Below, one piece after another: positions 27,701 to 41,320 of a stretch of DNA of 64,000 nucleotides (positions are counted from its first letter, which is position 1; every line of letters starts with the position of its first letter). The stretch is from Balanoglossus misakiensis (Eukaryota; Animalia; Hemichordata). The stretch covers positions 9,117,129 through 9,181,128 of the forward strand of contig CM082576.2 in assembly GCA_040954595.2 (NCBI GenBank). The letters run 5' to 3'. Below the pieces are notes generated by a model. The model made no database searches. It saw only the letters and a list, made by a program, of their open reading frames with translations, and was not told the origin of the DNA. The position numbers and the translations under genes are program-made.

Positions 27701-30700
27701 CAGTTTTTGGCTGGCTGTAGCTCTGTTATGCGTAAGTGAAAGTGAATGAAACCAACGTTTTTCATAGTACTTTTTAATCGCATTTCGCAGAATTGGCTCA
27801 AAAACGGATCACAACGTTCCTCTTTAACCGAACGCCACCTTAATGACAATTTAATATTTCATTTCAGCAATTCACGAGTTTCCTCCCGATTTCTTCACAA
27901 ACGAACAGCGACTGAAAGGAGCATTGGTTCTACATTTTATATGTGTAAGTGATCTATATATATGTCTTGCGACCGTCCAAAAAGCTAATGTTTGATGAGT
28001 GAAGCTGAACTCGGCGCTGGGGTTTCCTGGAGTGTAATTCCGCAGCCCCGTGTAAATCAGCCAAGATCTCGTAACAGCTGACAACCGGGGTGCACAGCGG
28101 TTCTGAAGCGCAAAAGAATCATCAGACAGGGACTGACAAAAACGTTATTGATTCTCAATTATGAGTCCCATCATCAATTTTACACCATGTCAGCTGCGAT
28201 TTTAACTGACCAGAATCATGCAGAGTTGAGATAAAAACGGACTGGAGAGAGAGAGAAAAACATGGAAGATATTTTAATGATATAATTTTGTCTTTTTTCC
28301 CAACCAACAGGTAATTTATATGTTCATTGCACTGGCTATAGTTTGTGACGACTACTTCGTACCTTCCTTGGAAAAGATCTGTCTGGTGAGTATTCTAAGA
28401 AGCATGTTGAATAAACGGTGCAAGTCTGAACACAATGCAATGTCAGCCCTTGTCAGAAGCCTAGTCAGATGCCGTTTTATATGAGCATATGTTACTATGA
28501 ATATTCTGAGGATTCTTTCTGAAATGCAGACGAAAAGGGGAACGATGATAGTGTCCTAATATACAAAAAATCAGCTATTTGGCCATGACACCGAAAAGAT
28601 GCATTTGTCGAGAGAATTCCACCGACTTTCAAATCCCTGCATGCTGTGAACTAATTCTGCATGATAAAATATTTAACACACGAGTCTCCAAGGCTGTCTG
28701 GCAGCTGTTTCTCGCACGCTATATTGGGAAGTGACGGGTTCAGTGAAAAACATACACACTGAGAATATTGCAAGGAGAAAATAAATACAGTCACGTGTTA
28801 ACGACAGGGGAATATAGCCAGGTGACGTGATGTCTAACTATAATTAATGTGTGCGAATAGGAGGATGATTGTTTACTAAACCTCGTGGACCCAAGCACTT
28901 GATAGCCTTTTGCGCAGAAGGCACGATGAATATTTGGCTTTGCTCTCACAACTGAACATCTATAGAATTTCAGCAGGACTGTGTATCTCAAGCAAGTGAA
29001 TAGGCAAAAATGAATACGATGTTCGAATCAAGTTTCTTTGATGTCATCTGAGGCGACATGGTATGGCCTAAGCTTGTTCTCTATACGGGGAAAAACACTT
29101 CAATGATTGAAATAGCAACTTCGTCAGATTTTCGCTGCATTAATGACTGCATGTCCCGAATCAGGTCAACATCTCTTGTGTTGTTTCACCCAACCTTTGA
29201 CCCAGTAGTTCACGTCAAAACATCGCAGATGTTAACGAGAATAGGTTTAATCGTGTAAGCAGTGTGTCCGTCAATATACAAACCGAGCAGTCGTAAATTG
29301 ACATTTCATCTTCTCAATTCAATCACACTAGAACACATTCTACACTTTATTTAGACCACTTGTATTGAAACATTGATCACCCAAAACATGCACTAGGTCC
29401 AATTTCTTTCAATATGTTTTATTCCATTTCATATTACTGCTTTAGTCTAACCGTGCGTCAATAACAGTAGCTCTTACTAATGTCAGCTACAGAACATCTC
29501 ATGACTTGCCTGATTTCACGAATTTTCACGATTTCAGCGGCTTGGATTCAGTGAGGACGTGGCTGGAGCCACCTTTATGGCCGCTGGAAGTTCTGCACCG
29601 GAATTGTTCATATCAATAATAGGTAAGACACAGATGAATTAGTATCAGCTATCACTTTAAACACTACCCCCAATATGAATCAGGTACACCATCTGAAACT
29701 ATGATTGGGCCGCTCTGGCGATGGATGGTTTGGTCCAGATCCATTATTTTCTAAGGTAAAGTTGGACCTGTATACGTTCTACAGGGAAATGGGTGTGAAA
29801 GGGTTAAATGTGGCAGTAACTCTGAATAATATTAGCAGTTTCTCTGGCAGTTCCATTTGTCAAGGATACTCAGTTGCAAAAAAAACCACGTCCTGTCCAC
29901 ACTGTCGTCACTGGCATATATCAAGGCAATTTAGCTATTTTCGTGTTTAAAATGAATTCTGCTCTGCACGTATATTGTAACTTATGCCGACTGATATAAT
30001 ATTAACACTGGATCGGAATGCAGAAAAAGAGTATTAGGTTACTATACATATGAACTAGATACTGAAAACATTTTCCTCTAAACACTTGTCAATTGTCATA
30101 GTCCATTTTAATATAACTTCACAATGTTGGTTAGGGAATATGTGTGCCGAAAGCCCGTTCTTCGGTCTGATGACTAAACCAGGAGGTAGAGGACCGCATA
30201 TAAAAGTAGTTGCATTTTTTGTTAAAGACTCGTATATTTTCTTCCTCTGGGTTTAGGTGTATTTATAGCTAAGGGTGATGTCGGAGTGGGAACCATCGTT
30301 GGATCAGCTGTATTCAATATTCTTGTCATTATCGGGCTTTGTGGACTGTTTGCAGGGCAGGTATGTTATTACAACTTTCCCGTTGTCAGATAAATGGGCA
30401 AAATATCAACATTATCTAGGAAAAGGCGTACTTTATTGATAAGTATTAAGTGCACGCACTTCAGATGTTTTCATTAAAACCGTGGCTACAATGGCTTTGA
30501 AAAAAATCACTCCCATTACAATAATTGTAAAAAATTTCAATGCTAGCTTTTTGAGTCACGGTGCTTTTCCCCTAAGTGACGATGATGGTGGATTCTGTAC
30601 CATGCAGAGAAGGACATTGCAGTCTTTCTGTGGACAAGATTGTCGGGAAACCCCTTGTTATGTTATCGCAGCCGTGGTAACTCTCAAGGTGTATGTGTGT

Positions 30701-33700
30701 GTATTTTACCTCCCACAGCTTCATATGTTCTGTTTGACATTTGCAGGTTGTGCCTCTGACGTGGTGGCCTCTTTTCCGAGATTCCATCCTCTACTCGCTG
30801 ACTGTAGTGGCACTCGCCTTGGTGCTGCATGATGGAGCCGTATCATGGTGAGTTTCGCGGCAAGAGTGCGTGGAGAAGTACATTTAAACACACATACAAA
30901 CACACACACACACACACTTACATGTATTTACAACAAATGTTATGTTTCCATTGGAAAGGTAGCCCCCAGGGACAGTCCTGTCCACCAACAGTGCTACAAA
31001 CACTATTTCAAAGGTTTTCTATCGAATACAACATGGTCGAATTACTTGTACCCATTTGTACTCTTCATATATGGGTAAAGTACACAGTTCTCACGTAGCA
31101 ACACATCAATCAGCATCATTTAGGGTGTACCATGAAATATTAACTTGGCATTCATAAATAAAGATGTATTTCTTTTTCGTGTAACTGAAAATGGAACGTT
31201 ACCTGCCCTCTGTGAAACCACAAGATCTCCGAGATGAAGTCAGTTTACTATTAATAAAATAACACCGTCACAAAATAATGAATGGACACTCTGCGGGGAG
31301 TGTCACATTTTGTTTCGTTTGTACTGACAAGAATATTGCCTCGTGCATTCTCTTATTTGCAGGTATGAATCTCTCATCATGCTGGTCATGTATGGAGGAT
31401 ACATTTTAATCATGAAGTAAGTGGCTTCTAAGCGATATCTGCAAAGTGGCAAATAGTGTCACTGCTAACCTGGTGGCTGCCTAGCTGTCTGCACTGTGTA
31501 TTCTGTGTGTAGCAACAGACCAGAACAAATATGTTCTTGCCATTTTTGCCCTGTGAAAACGTCGTTGTATAACACACATTACGTGCCATAAATTAAAACC
31601 TTGTTACGTTTATGTCACAGTGTTTCACGTTTTGAAAGTCGACCTTTGCAAGAGTTGTCCATCATAGCTCCGTTGTCAAGAATACTCGTTTGAAAGTGGC
31701 AAACATAAATAAGCTTATTCACACTAGTTTTTTATGGTTGTGTCATTCAGTCATAACTCAATTACTTTCTGTCAGTAGAATGGAAGGCAAATCTCGCGAG
31801 ATTAAATTTAATTGATGGATCCAGTCTTTGTCAAGCAATTTTCCTCTTAAAATATCAAAGTGTTTCATTCTGATTACAGACAAAACGACACTGATTGAGA
31901 GATGGCATGTTTTCCTTTCTTATTTATGTTCATCATTGTCATCTATACTAGTGCGCCTTGATGTCTGTTTTCCACAGGTTCAATCCCCAGATTGTGGAGT
32001 GGATAGCGAAAAAACAGGATGAGAGGAAACAGAAACGGATACAGAAAATGCAACAGAAGGCAAAGGTTGATGGCCATTTGTGTTCCAATTCAGCGATGAT
32101 TCCACTTGAAGCTGGTGAGCAAGGCATTTCATTCGTATTGATTCTCTTTTACCCAGGAGTGTTAGATACGTCATCCTGTAAATGGCCTATATGTTCCCGT
32201 TGGATGATGGAAATAAAAAAGAACAAATTCACTTATAATAACGTGATTTTTTCAACAGTGAACACAACCCCAGTAACCTCTTCACCCGAAGACGAGAAAT
32301 CACAAGTGTTCATGGTGGATGAGTACTTGCACAGTTCACCAAAGAGGTGAGTCAGTAAGACTGTCTGTCATATTACGTCATGCGAAGTGAACATAACATA
32401 AATCAAAGATTAGAATGTGGAAGAGGATAAGCTCACTCTTTTCGAAATCCCTGACATACCGACTCTGTATTTAAAAAGTGGAAACTCAGTGGAAATTTTT
32501 ACAGAACGTTTAATTTTGGACCCAATTCATAGCACAATATAGAATGTTTTGGTAAATGACAGTTATAATCTGTATACATCATAAAAACATAATTGATGTT
32601 TTATCAGTATAATTACTATATGACATCAAAGCATACACATTCAGTGTAATAAATTTGTTAATTATAATTTTTTGCAGGTTAACGTTTCCAGATGCAGGCC
32701 TGAGAATTATGTTGTCAAGTCATTTCCCAGCAAGAACGAGGTTAAGAAGTGCATGCTGGATGATCATAAGTGAAGTAAGTATCAACTTGCACCTTTCATG
32801 CCTAAAAGCTACCGTTAAGCTATCGGTATATACAAATGTCCTAATATCACTCGGTAAGTGTTGACGCGTAAATGTTGTTTACATTCTGAGCCTTACAGGC
32901 ATTATGGCAGGGTGCTGGCATATCCCTGTGAGATTGTGGGTAAGAGTCCTAGATACTCACACATCACTGTAAGTCTGTAACAGAAAAAGAAAGCATACGG
33001 GCAGCCATTAAACCAATTCTGACAATGCCTGATGGCTATTAATTAGACACCGAAATGCTTATTTGACAGAAAAATACGAGTCAGACCGATCCAAGACACA
33101 AAGCCTACATAAAAACATCCACTGAGGAACCAGGAACAGAAAATGGGGACGTATGTCATGGAGATTCCGACGAAGAAAAGGATAGTGACTCTAAGGGGTA
33201 TGTGATTAAATCTTCTTGTCTGCAGTAAGCAACTGTGACCTTTGTGACCCATTTCCTTCTCGTGGTAGTTCATCACCACAGACCAAATCACATATCATAA
33301 ATATGGAATGTTATTTATTATTGCAGTGATACAGAGGCATCCTCAGAGGAATTTGGAAATCCATTCACAATCCCTGGTGAGTGAATAAGCAAGACACATA
33401 ACAATTAGTTGTTCAAAATAACAAAACACCATGACGCCTATACAGAATACACTATGCACACCATTAATCTCATTTCTCTGTGAATATATAGTTTTACAAA
33501 CATTCTCCAGTCAATAGATTTGCCTCTCTGAAACTAAATTCTGTCTATCGTTTAAAACCTCAGCTTTTTAATGGCCAGCTATTAGAGGCAATAAGCAATT
33601 TCTCAGTAAAACATGAATCATACACAAACCAATTGTTACATATTTCATGTTACAGACACAGCTTTAGGAGTGTGTAAGTGGTTGCTTACCTGGCCTATCT

Positions 33701-35161
33701 CGCTGTTGCTGCTATTTACAGTCCCCGACTGCAGAAAACTAAGGTATCAGTACTGTTATATTCACCTCATTGAACATAGTCCCCGAGATGGAAAGTCATC
33801 TATTGAATAGCCTAGCCATTCACTGATTTCCCCTCTGTTTATGTTAGCAATTTACCCTCATAAATGAGCATGACAATACTGTAGAAAATAATTGGACAAC
33901 AGGGTGTTCCCATCCAACTTTTTCTCTCATAGCAGATAAACATTTTGAGTAAAGTGCTTACAATTTGGTTGTATCTCTTACAGATGGGGCCGTTGGTACA
34001 TGGTTACCTTTTTCATGTCCATAATTTGGATTGCCATATTTTCCTATGTCATGGTGTGGATGGTGAGCTACATTGGGTACTCTCTAAGGTTTCCAGACAC
34101 CATCATGGGTCTAACATTTCTTGCTGCTGGTACAAGTGTTCCCGATGCAATGGCAAGTCTAATAGTGGCCAGACAAGGTGAGCCTTCCAAATTTGTTTGT
34201 TTCATGATGTCAGTTGGTGCAGATAAATATGCAGTAAAATTGTGCTTACTGGCTTAAATCTGCACAAACGAGGTTATAACTGAGGTTACTGATATCTTCC
34301 CATAAATTTAATGATACAGACTGAATTTTCTTTCATCGATTAGGACTGGGCGATATGGCTGTTTCAAACAGCATTGGCAGCAATATCTTTGACATTCTTC
34401 TTGGCTTAGCATTGCCATGGTTCCTGAAGACAACTATCATCGACTATGGATCCCTTGTAAGTAGTCCAGATCATTTACATAAGCCAGATGTGGGATTCAG
34501 TACAAATTGCAAATGAATATGACACTTTCCAAAGTACATAGTGACTAAAATATTAACATTTCTGTCATTGAACTCAACAAGATTCCAACAAACTATCTTC
34601 TAGTCAAGATCTCGATTAACCCTTTACTATCCAAATGTACATTTACACGTGTTCACATCACTTCCATTTGTTTGATTTCTGAGCATAAAATATAATTTTA
34701 TTAAAAGTCAAATCAACTGTTTACTTACAGGTCAAAATCAACAGCAATGGACTCACATACTCGGTTATTTTGCTGTTTGCAACAGTTGCAATAGTGGTAA
34801 GTATTTGTTTATCAATTGAACTGATTTTATATTGAAGTGTGCAATTGTTATCTGCTGCATGGGCATATATAATCCTTCAGTCATTTTCCCTTAGTGCATT
34901 ATTCCCTCAACATGTTGCATTTTAGTGGTAGCTGTAACATCCATGATTGCTGTGGGAGAGGAGTCCCAAGGACAACCTGTGATTGATGAGGAATTGTTTT
35001 CCTTCTTCTCTCAGGTCACAAGTATCCACTGTAACAATTGGAAACTCAACAAGAGACTTGGACTCATTTGTCTGGTGTTTTACGTGGTATTCCTCGTTAT
35101 TGCTTCGCTGATTGAATTCAACATCTTCGGATACGTCAATCCCCCACCCTGTCCCCACTGA
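12762..35161 (+). CDS. SLC24A3: Potassium-dependent sodium/calcium exchanger (SLC24/NCKX3-NCKX4-like), 18 exons, ~630 aa
   Basis: Exons with consistent phases and GT-AG ends: 12762-12870, 13521-13700, 27868-27944, 28311-28385, 29538-29622, 30257-30360, 30747-30847, 31363-31416, 31978-32114, 32259-32346, 32678-32774, 33070-33197, 33327-33376, 33656-33743, 33984-34177, 34344-34456, 34731-34796, 35015-35161 (sum 1893 nt). N-terminal signal/TM0, [32 protein letters not shown], alpha-1 repeat [18 protein letters not shown]...[16 protein letters not shown]3/4-type loop [20 protein letters not shown], alpha-2 repeat [42 protein letters not shown]. One-to-one orthology with A3 versus A4 is not resolvable. 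Confidence 0.95.
13862..13875. promoter_or_regulatory. RFX X-box (GTTGCCATGGTAAC) at start of SLC24 intron 2
   Basis: Near-perfect palindromic match to X-box consensus GTYNCYATRGNAAC within a GC-rich patch. Confidence 0.6.
20511..20524. promoter_or_regulatory. RFX X-box (GTCGCCATGGAAAC) in SLC24 intron 2
   Basis: Full match to X-box consensus in a CpG-rich patch. Confidence 0.55.
22525..22568. repeat. (TG)n-(TGGG)n-(TATG)n compound microsatellite
   Basis: Directly visible. Confidence 0.9.
23026..24756 (+). mobile_element. Non-autonomous Helentron/HINE (DINE-1-like) rolling-circle element with central tandem repeats
   Basis: 5' subterminal IR GGGTTTCGAGAC (23030-23041) with adjacent inverted copy GTCTCGAAACCC (23049-23060), followed by (TTA)n/(TTC)n microsatellite. 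3' subTIR GTCTCGAAACCC (24719-24730), terminal stem-loop GCTG-ttca-CAGC (24738-24749), T-rich end, no TSD. This is the HINE/DINE-1 architecture. Confidence 0.8.
23704..24651 (+). repeat. Tandem array, 4 copies of a 237-bp unit inside the HINE
   Basis: GGACCAAAATAAGAAGCCAAATTT recurs at 23704, 23941, 24178, 24415 (exact 237-bp period); 4th copy more diverged. Confidence 0.95.
27604..27737 (+). promoter_or_regulatory. Candidate internal promoter and alternative first exon of SLC24 (X-box, CRE, ETS, ATG-C|GTAAGT)
   Basis: GTTGCCATGCTAAC 27604-27617, TGACGTCA 27675-27682, CACTTCCGG 27685-27693, ATG 27728, consensus donor GTAAGT 27732 in the phase needed by exon 27868. Confidence 0.45.
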
Positions 35162-38150
35162 AGGAATGGACGCCAGGAAATGGACAATCTATCAAAGAAT
35201 GGTGCTAACATGATTCCTCACTATCACATCAGCGAGACACTCCCGGGTCCATTTCACAGAAAGATTGCCAGTCACTTGATCAGTGTCCCATATCTTGTAG
35301 AGCATATCCAGGCTCCTGACATTAATTATATATGTATATATGCAAGGTCCTGCGATTAATTATTGGAGATAAGAATGCAAATACAACTTGAACTATGCTG
35401 ATGAACACACACTGGGAATTAAAAACAGGCATGTATACAGCAACAGACCGCTTGGCAGAAGACACAACTATCACCTGGTACCCATATTTTCATGTTCGCA
35501 ATGATTTACAATTGTTGAGTTGCTTTAAAGCCACAGATGAGCATCACTCGATCCTGTGAACACCTGGAGGTTGTTTAGGAAATCCTTCTTGAATGCTGCA
35601 AAGGACAATAATGGCTTCCACGGGAGGATTGTATTATTACTGGTAAATAACTCGGCAATAACTCCACCAGTGCAGGACACTGATATTTAACTCTGACTTT
35701 CTACTTAAATTGTCTGATTGTGGTCTTGTTTTGGTAGCTGATCGCAAAAGTGTCTGTTGTCATGGTAGTTTGAGAAGAACCTTTTAAAGATGATTGGCAT
35801 TATAGGTCACATCCAGGAGATGTTCCTACTAACATAAACATAAGCACAGTTATTCTAAACTACCATGAACTTTGCACCCAGTGTAACTCAATACCACGCA
35901 CTGTGATAACTGGCCATGTTCAAGGTGGCAAATAGGGAAACAACAACCCATTCAGTTCAAAATATGTACGTACACAAAAAATGTGCGTATACTGTGTCCA
36001 TAGAACACACTGCTTTCAAGAATAGCTTGGATTCTTCTATGGGTCAATCAACAAGAAGTTTGTACATGCGCTGACCTCGGAATCAGTCCAGTGAACAATT
36101 ATTAAATGTTTTTCCTCTTTGTTGTGGTGTTGTATGAAGTGCTTCTTCTCAGTCACCTTGTAGAACTCAAGATTGTTTTCATCACCGTTTTATCAGTCCA
36201 TAGGGTGTTTATTAACAGTATCGTGCAAATGGTAATTCCAAGTGTACAAGTCGTGATTGTGATGAAACTGAACAATTGTGTCCTTCATAGCCAGGCTTCA
36301 CTTACTGTCAAACACCTGACACAATCCTCCCATGTAATATTCAGCCAATCTTAATCTCGTTTATAGATGCAGTAGAAGATGGGAATTGATTGGAGACATT
36401 CCAAAGAAACCTCATATTCATTGATAAGTTGGTGTCAACATGGTGCACCATGATGTAATCAAAATATTTGTACCCATAGAGTCTAAGTATTAATAGGGCA
36501 GACAGGATTCCTGTAGTTGACGCACTTTTGATAGAAGAAAATCTTCAACTAACAGAACAGTTTTCGGTATTTAACTTCCATCCATAAGTGTTGTCATATA
36601 CCTGTGACATAAACATGAGTGTTTCCTCCCTTCCAAGTTATTTACACAGTGTTAATACATGGTATCCAAGAGTGTTTATATAGATTTTGTGCAATTGTTG
36701 TATTTTTATAGTGTAAACAAATAGATAACGTAACCCTCACCTCTTCCCTAAAATTAAAAACTGCCTACAGTATTTGTACTTATTCAAGTGAAACAGTGGA
36801 TTCAAGTTCCCAAATCTCGCAAAAATCAACCCAAATGATTAAAAAATGAATAGTGTTTTAAGATGCCATGTTTTTTCCAAATCATCATCCATCAATATTA
36901 AGAGGGTTTTTGTGTAATTCATGATACATTTATCTATTCTTGTGGTTTTCACAGTGTCATTCATTATAGAATACAATTACAGTATTCAACAGTTCAATGT
37001 GGTTTTTACATTGATCAGGTATTATTGCATTTCATTTATTTGATTTTCCGACTGGCTTTTTATAAACACTGGCAAGAGGGAGATCTGAATAACCAATGAA
37101 TTAAAATGTTTACTATTTGAGCCCCAGATTTATACAAAAAAACGCCACTATATGTTTGTTTCTAGATAAAATCATGTTTGAACAACAAAGGAATATGTGG
37201 CAGTTTCAAAAAATAGATAATGTACAGCAAGACATATACCACCAATATATTGGACAAGTTTATAATTCTATAATCGACACAATATCATAGAGTGAAAGTA
37301 GAGTATTAAAAGGAAAAACAGATTAGACCACTTTGGGAAACATTTACTTGCAACATCTCAGTATGCAGTATTTGAAAAGATGACATTTACTCTTTTTGAC
37401 ATAATTACGCCAAACAACTTGGGTTATGGTGTTTTGATGTGCAATTCACTTAAAATCATCGCCCAATGTTACCTGCTTTTTTAGGTCTTTCTTTCACTTT
37501 TTTTAATAGACTTTTATTAAATGTCTAACAGGTGTACAAAACGTTTACATTTGTGTGTTATTTTAACTTCATCCTATCGCTGTAGACATTTGTTTCCTCC
37601 CAAGATGTACATAAAGTTTAGCAAATATTTTGATATTTGTTTATAAAAATGTTTAAATATACAACATGCATGGTGTGATGAGCATATATGTGTCATTAGA
37701 AATGTATTAATGACCACATATTTATTTTTGATATTTTGACAGTTAAGAGATTAATTAATTTATTTGGAAATTGACAGTAGATCGTGGATTTATTGAGAAA
37801 TACTTCAGAGATTGACCATATTCCTGTATAGTTAAAGGATGTATACATACAAATGTACATGTTAGTCTTCCAGTTCCGAATGGTGTGATTTTGTATGTTT
37901 ATAGATTGGAAGTAATATCACCCTATACATTCAATGTTTCAGAGAATTTTACTACTAAACGATATATAAGATGATCAGCTTTAACTTAATATAAAAATAG
38001 ATGCATATATAGTTCTGAACCCACTCTGTTGTTTATCATGACAAGAAAATATTTGGCTTGTTTTGTAATTACAGATTAAAGAGTTTTTTGTTTTGAAATG
38101 TTTTCTTTGTATGTAAATTGACTAGAATAAACTGTTATTGTTGGAAAACC
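35162..38150 (+). other. Probable ~3-kb AT-rich 3' UTR of SLC24 ending near AATAAA at 38126-38131
   Basis: No credible ORFs or splice structure; AT-rich; AATAAA followed by a GT-rich downstream tract (tgtttctgtttatgtgtgtt). Confidence 0.5.
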
Positions 38151-40095
38151 TTCCGTTTGGCAGTTATCTGTTTCTGTTTATGTGTGTTTACAACATTCAA
38201 CCACAGTCCCTCTGTGTGCTAATACAGTACTAATTATATAACGGACAACAAAAACTGATACATCCCTAAACACACAGTACACTTTCTACAACAAACATTT
38301 TCATGCATTTCGTCTCGAGGTGGCGCTATTTACTAATAGTGAGTTATACGTGCACCATGTGCCCCATGTGCCCATATCTTTATTAGCGCGAAAAATGCAG
38401 TTACACCTTTCAGATTTCTCTACCACACACGGAAAGAGTAAACATATACATATTGTCTCCAATATTTAAAACCACGCTGTCCTTATCAGTCAGCGAAAGC
38501 AAATTGATTAACTTGGTGAGATTTTCCACCTCATAAACATTCAATATCAACAACAAGTTACGCGAAAAAACTAAATTGTTAATTTGAAGTAGCCTATGTA
38601 GCCTTAGTCATGGCGCTCTGAATTATTGGTAAGTTAGGGGTTCCATGGTAGCCATTATTGTATCATTTTTGACGACATCTGTAACATGTAGGCGTGTATG
38701 CAGGTGAGTGGTGGTGCATAAACTCGAATAAGAAAATGAACAATTTGTGCGTGTACCGAAAAGTCGTAAGATAACACAACGGTTGCCAAGCAGTGTTAGT
38801 GTAAATATGGAGGTGAATTAGATCTGCGTAACGATGTACGGCGGTGCGTACATTCGAGATTTCGACGTCAAGTGTGGCTACTCATTTCTAGTAGTATGTA
38901 TTCACTGCCTACAAGTTATGATACAAATCTTCTTGTGCACTCCATAAAACAGAACTATATATATCAAAAGTTGGTTGTAATCATGACCTAAGGAAAGTCG
39001 CCAAAATATTTCCGTGGCAAGAATTAGGTGCCATTGTTTTCGTCGCATTGTGGCGGCAAATACAAAATAAGATCGGGGTCAACGTGCAGAGTTCGTGAAT
39101 TCACTACGTCACATTTTCCAATATAGTATGCATTTTCTTACGCACATCCTCGCTCGCCAACACCCCAGTGCCAGAATGAACGACTTAAACTGCTTGCCCC
39201 AACATAATATTAACATCGGTGGTTAGTTTTACACCCAAACAGTGCATTTTCAGGTATATTTTCAAACAAAATGTATCAAGACTTACTTCAAATTATTTTT
39301 TTTCCTTGTATCGTGTTTTCTACCATCTCTGCAGTAATTTAAATATGTAAAACCAAAAACCCAATCATTAGTTGTAAAGTTTAACGTCATTAGACCATGA
39401 GCCAGTAGGGGTTTACCTCCCCCCCCCGGGGGAATTTTTGAGACAATGTTTTTCTGAAAGCCTATCATATACTGAGTAAAATTCACTTTGTTTGCCATCT
39501 GGGGACCGGGGCGTTTTCGAGTTATTGGCTTCTAAATTATATTGGGTAACGTATGTAGGAAAGCCTAAAAGTGCGTATAAATTGACGTAGGGGGGTAAAT
39601 TAGTCTTGTAAAATGCTGTCTCTCTGAACGTATACCTCGAACAACAGGGATGTATTTGGTATCAAAAGAAAGCTTAATAAACAAGCTTTCCATTAATTAC
39701 AAAATAAAAGTGATATGACTAATCATGACATCATAGTGACGTCATAAGTCAAAATACCCTTACGAAAATGGTGTTCTGTTCACCTATAAATGTGAGGTTT
39801 TGCAAAACATGTCTCTGTGCAATTGTACTGATGAAAACTGATGAAAACTGTGATGTGTTTGGTATCAACAGAAAGCTGATTGAGTAAAGTATCTAATTAT
39901 TGCAAAAAATTGATATATTAATCAATTACGTCATCATTACGTCATACTTCCAAGTACCCTTACCAATTAGTGACTATGATGACAAGTTATTACCCTAGGA
40001 GATAGGTGCCTTTAAATGAAAAAATTGGTAAGGAAGGTTTGTGAAGTCCATTCTATGTAAAAAATGGTGCTGATTCCAAAAAAGTCAGTCTTATT

Positions 40096-41320
40096 GACCC
40101 CACCCAAGAAAAAATTGCCATTTTGGCACTTTTTAACCCAAAAAAGGTCATTTTTAGAAAACACTAAAAACACACTGTTTTCGTCACATTCGAAGATCTG
40201 ATGACATATGATATGCCTATTCTATGTAAAATTTGGTTGATATTACGAAAAAAAGCAGTCTGACTGACCCCACCCAAGAAAAAATTGCCATTTTGGCACT
40301 TTTTAACCCAAAAAAGGTCATTTTTAGAAAACACTAAAAACACACTGTTTTCGTCACATTCGAAGATCTGATGACATATGATATGCCTGTTCTATGTAAA
40401 ATTTGGTTGATATTACGAAAAAAGCAGTCTGACTGACCCCAAACGAGACAGAATTGCCTTTTTGACCATTTTTTGCCCAAAAACGTCATTTTTAGACAAA
40501 ACTTAAAACACACTCTACTCTTCATATTGATTGATTTGATGATATATGGAAAGTCAATTCTATGTGTAAAGTGGTGACTATAAAACATAAAGCAGTCTTT
40601 TTGACCCCAATCAATACAAAAATGCCATTTTTGGCCACATTTTTGAGGTCAAAAAGGTCATTTTTACAAAAAAAACTAAAAACTAACTGTTTTCTTCATA
40701 TTCAGAGATCTGATTATGTATGAAAAGTCCATTCTATGTAAAAAAAATCTGATTGACCCCATTCTAGTCAAAATTGCGTTTTTGGCAATTTATTGCCTAA
40801 AAAGACCTACTACAAATTTATCATTTTAAACATTTTCTAGAGAAAAAAATGTTCTCAACTAATAATAAATAAAAGTCCATTCTATCTTAAAAGTAGCGAT
40901 TTTTCCAAAAAAGCACTCTTACTGACTCCACAGAGGGAAAAAATGCCATTTTGGCCACTTTACTCAAAAAGGTAACTGTTTGAAACTTCTTTCTTTATTT
41001 TCAGAGATCTTATGATGTACGGAGAAGGTCCATTTTTGTTGAAAGGGAGCCGATTCCAAAAAAAATTCTTTTCAGCCCTACAAAATTGTCATTTTGGCCA
41101 TTTTTTGTCAAAAAGGTCATTTCAAGAAAAAATGAAAACAAGCTGTTTTCTTCGTATTTAAATGTTTGATTATGAATGGAAAGTCCATTTTTTGCAAAAA
41201 AATATGCTGATACCAACACAACAGTCTTATTAAGACCCCACTCAATACAAAATTGCCACTAAGCCATCTTCTAGTCAACAATTGTCTTTTTCAGAAAACA
41301 AAATAATTGGTGTTTTTTGC
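40096..41320 (+). repeat. 169/170-bp tandem units in the left part of the foldback element (2 near-identical plus ~5 progressively diverged copies)
   Basis: GACCCC anchor at 40096, 40266, 40435, then degenerate copies at ~40603, 40756, 40924, 41075, 41234. Confidence 0.85.
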
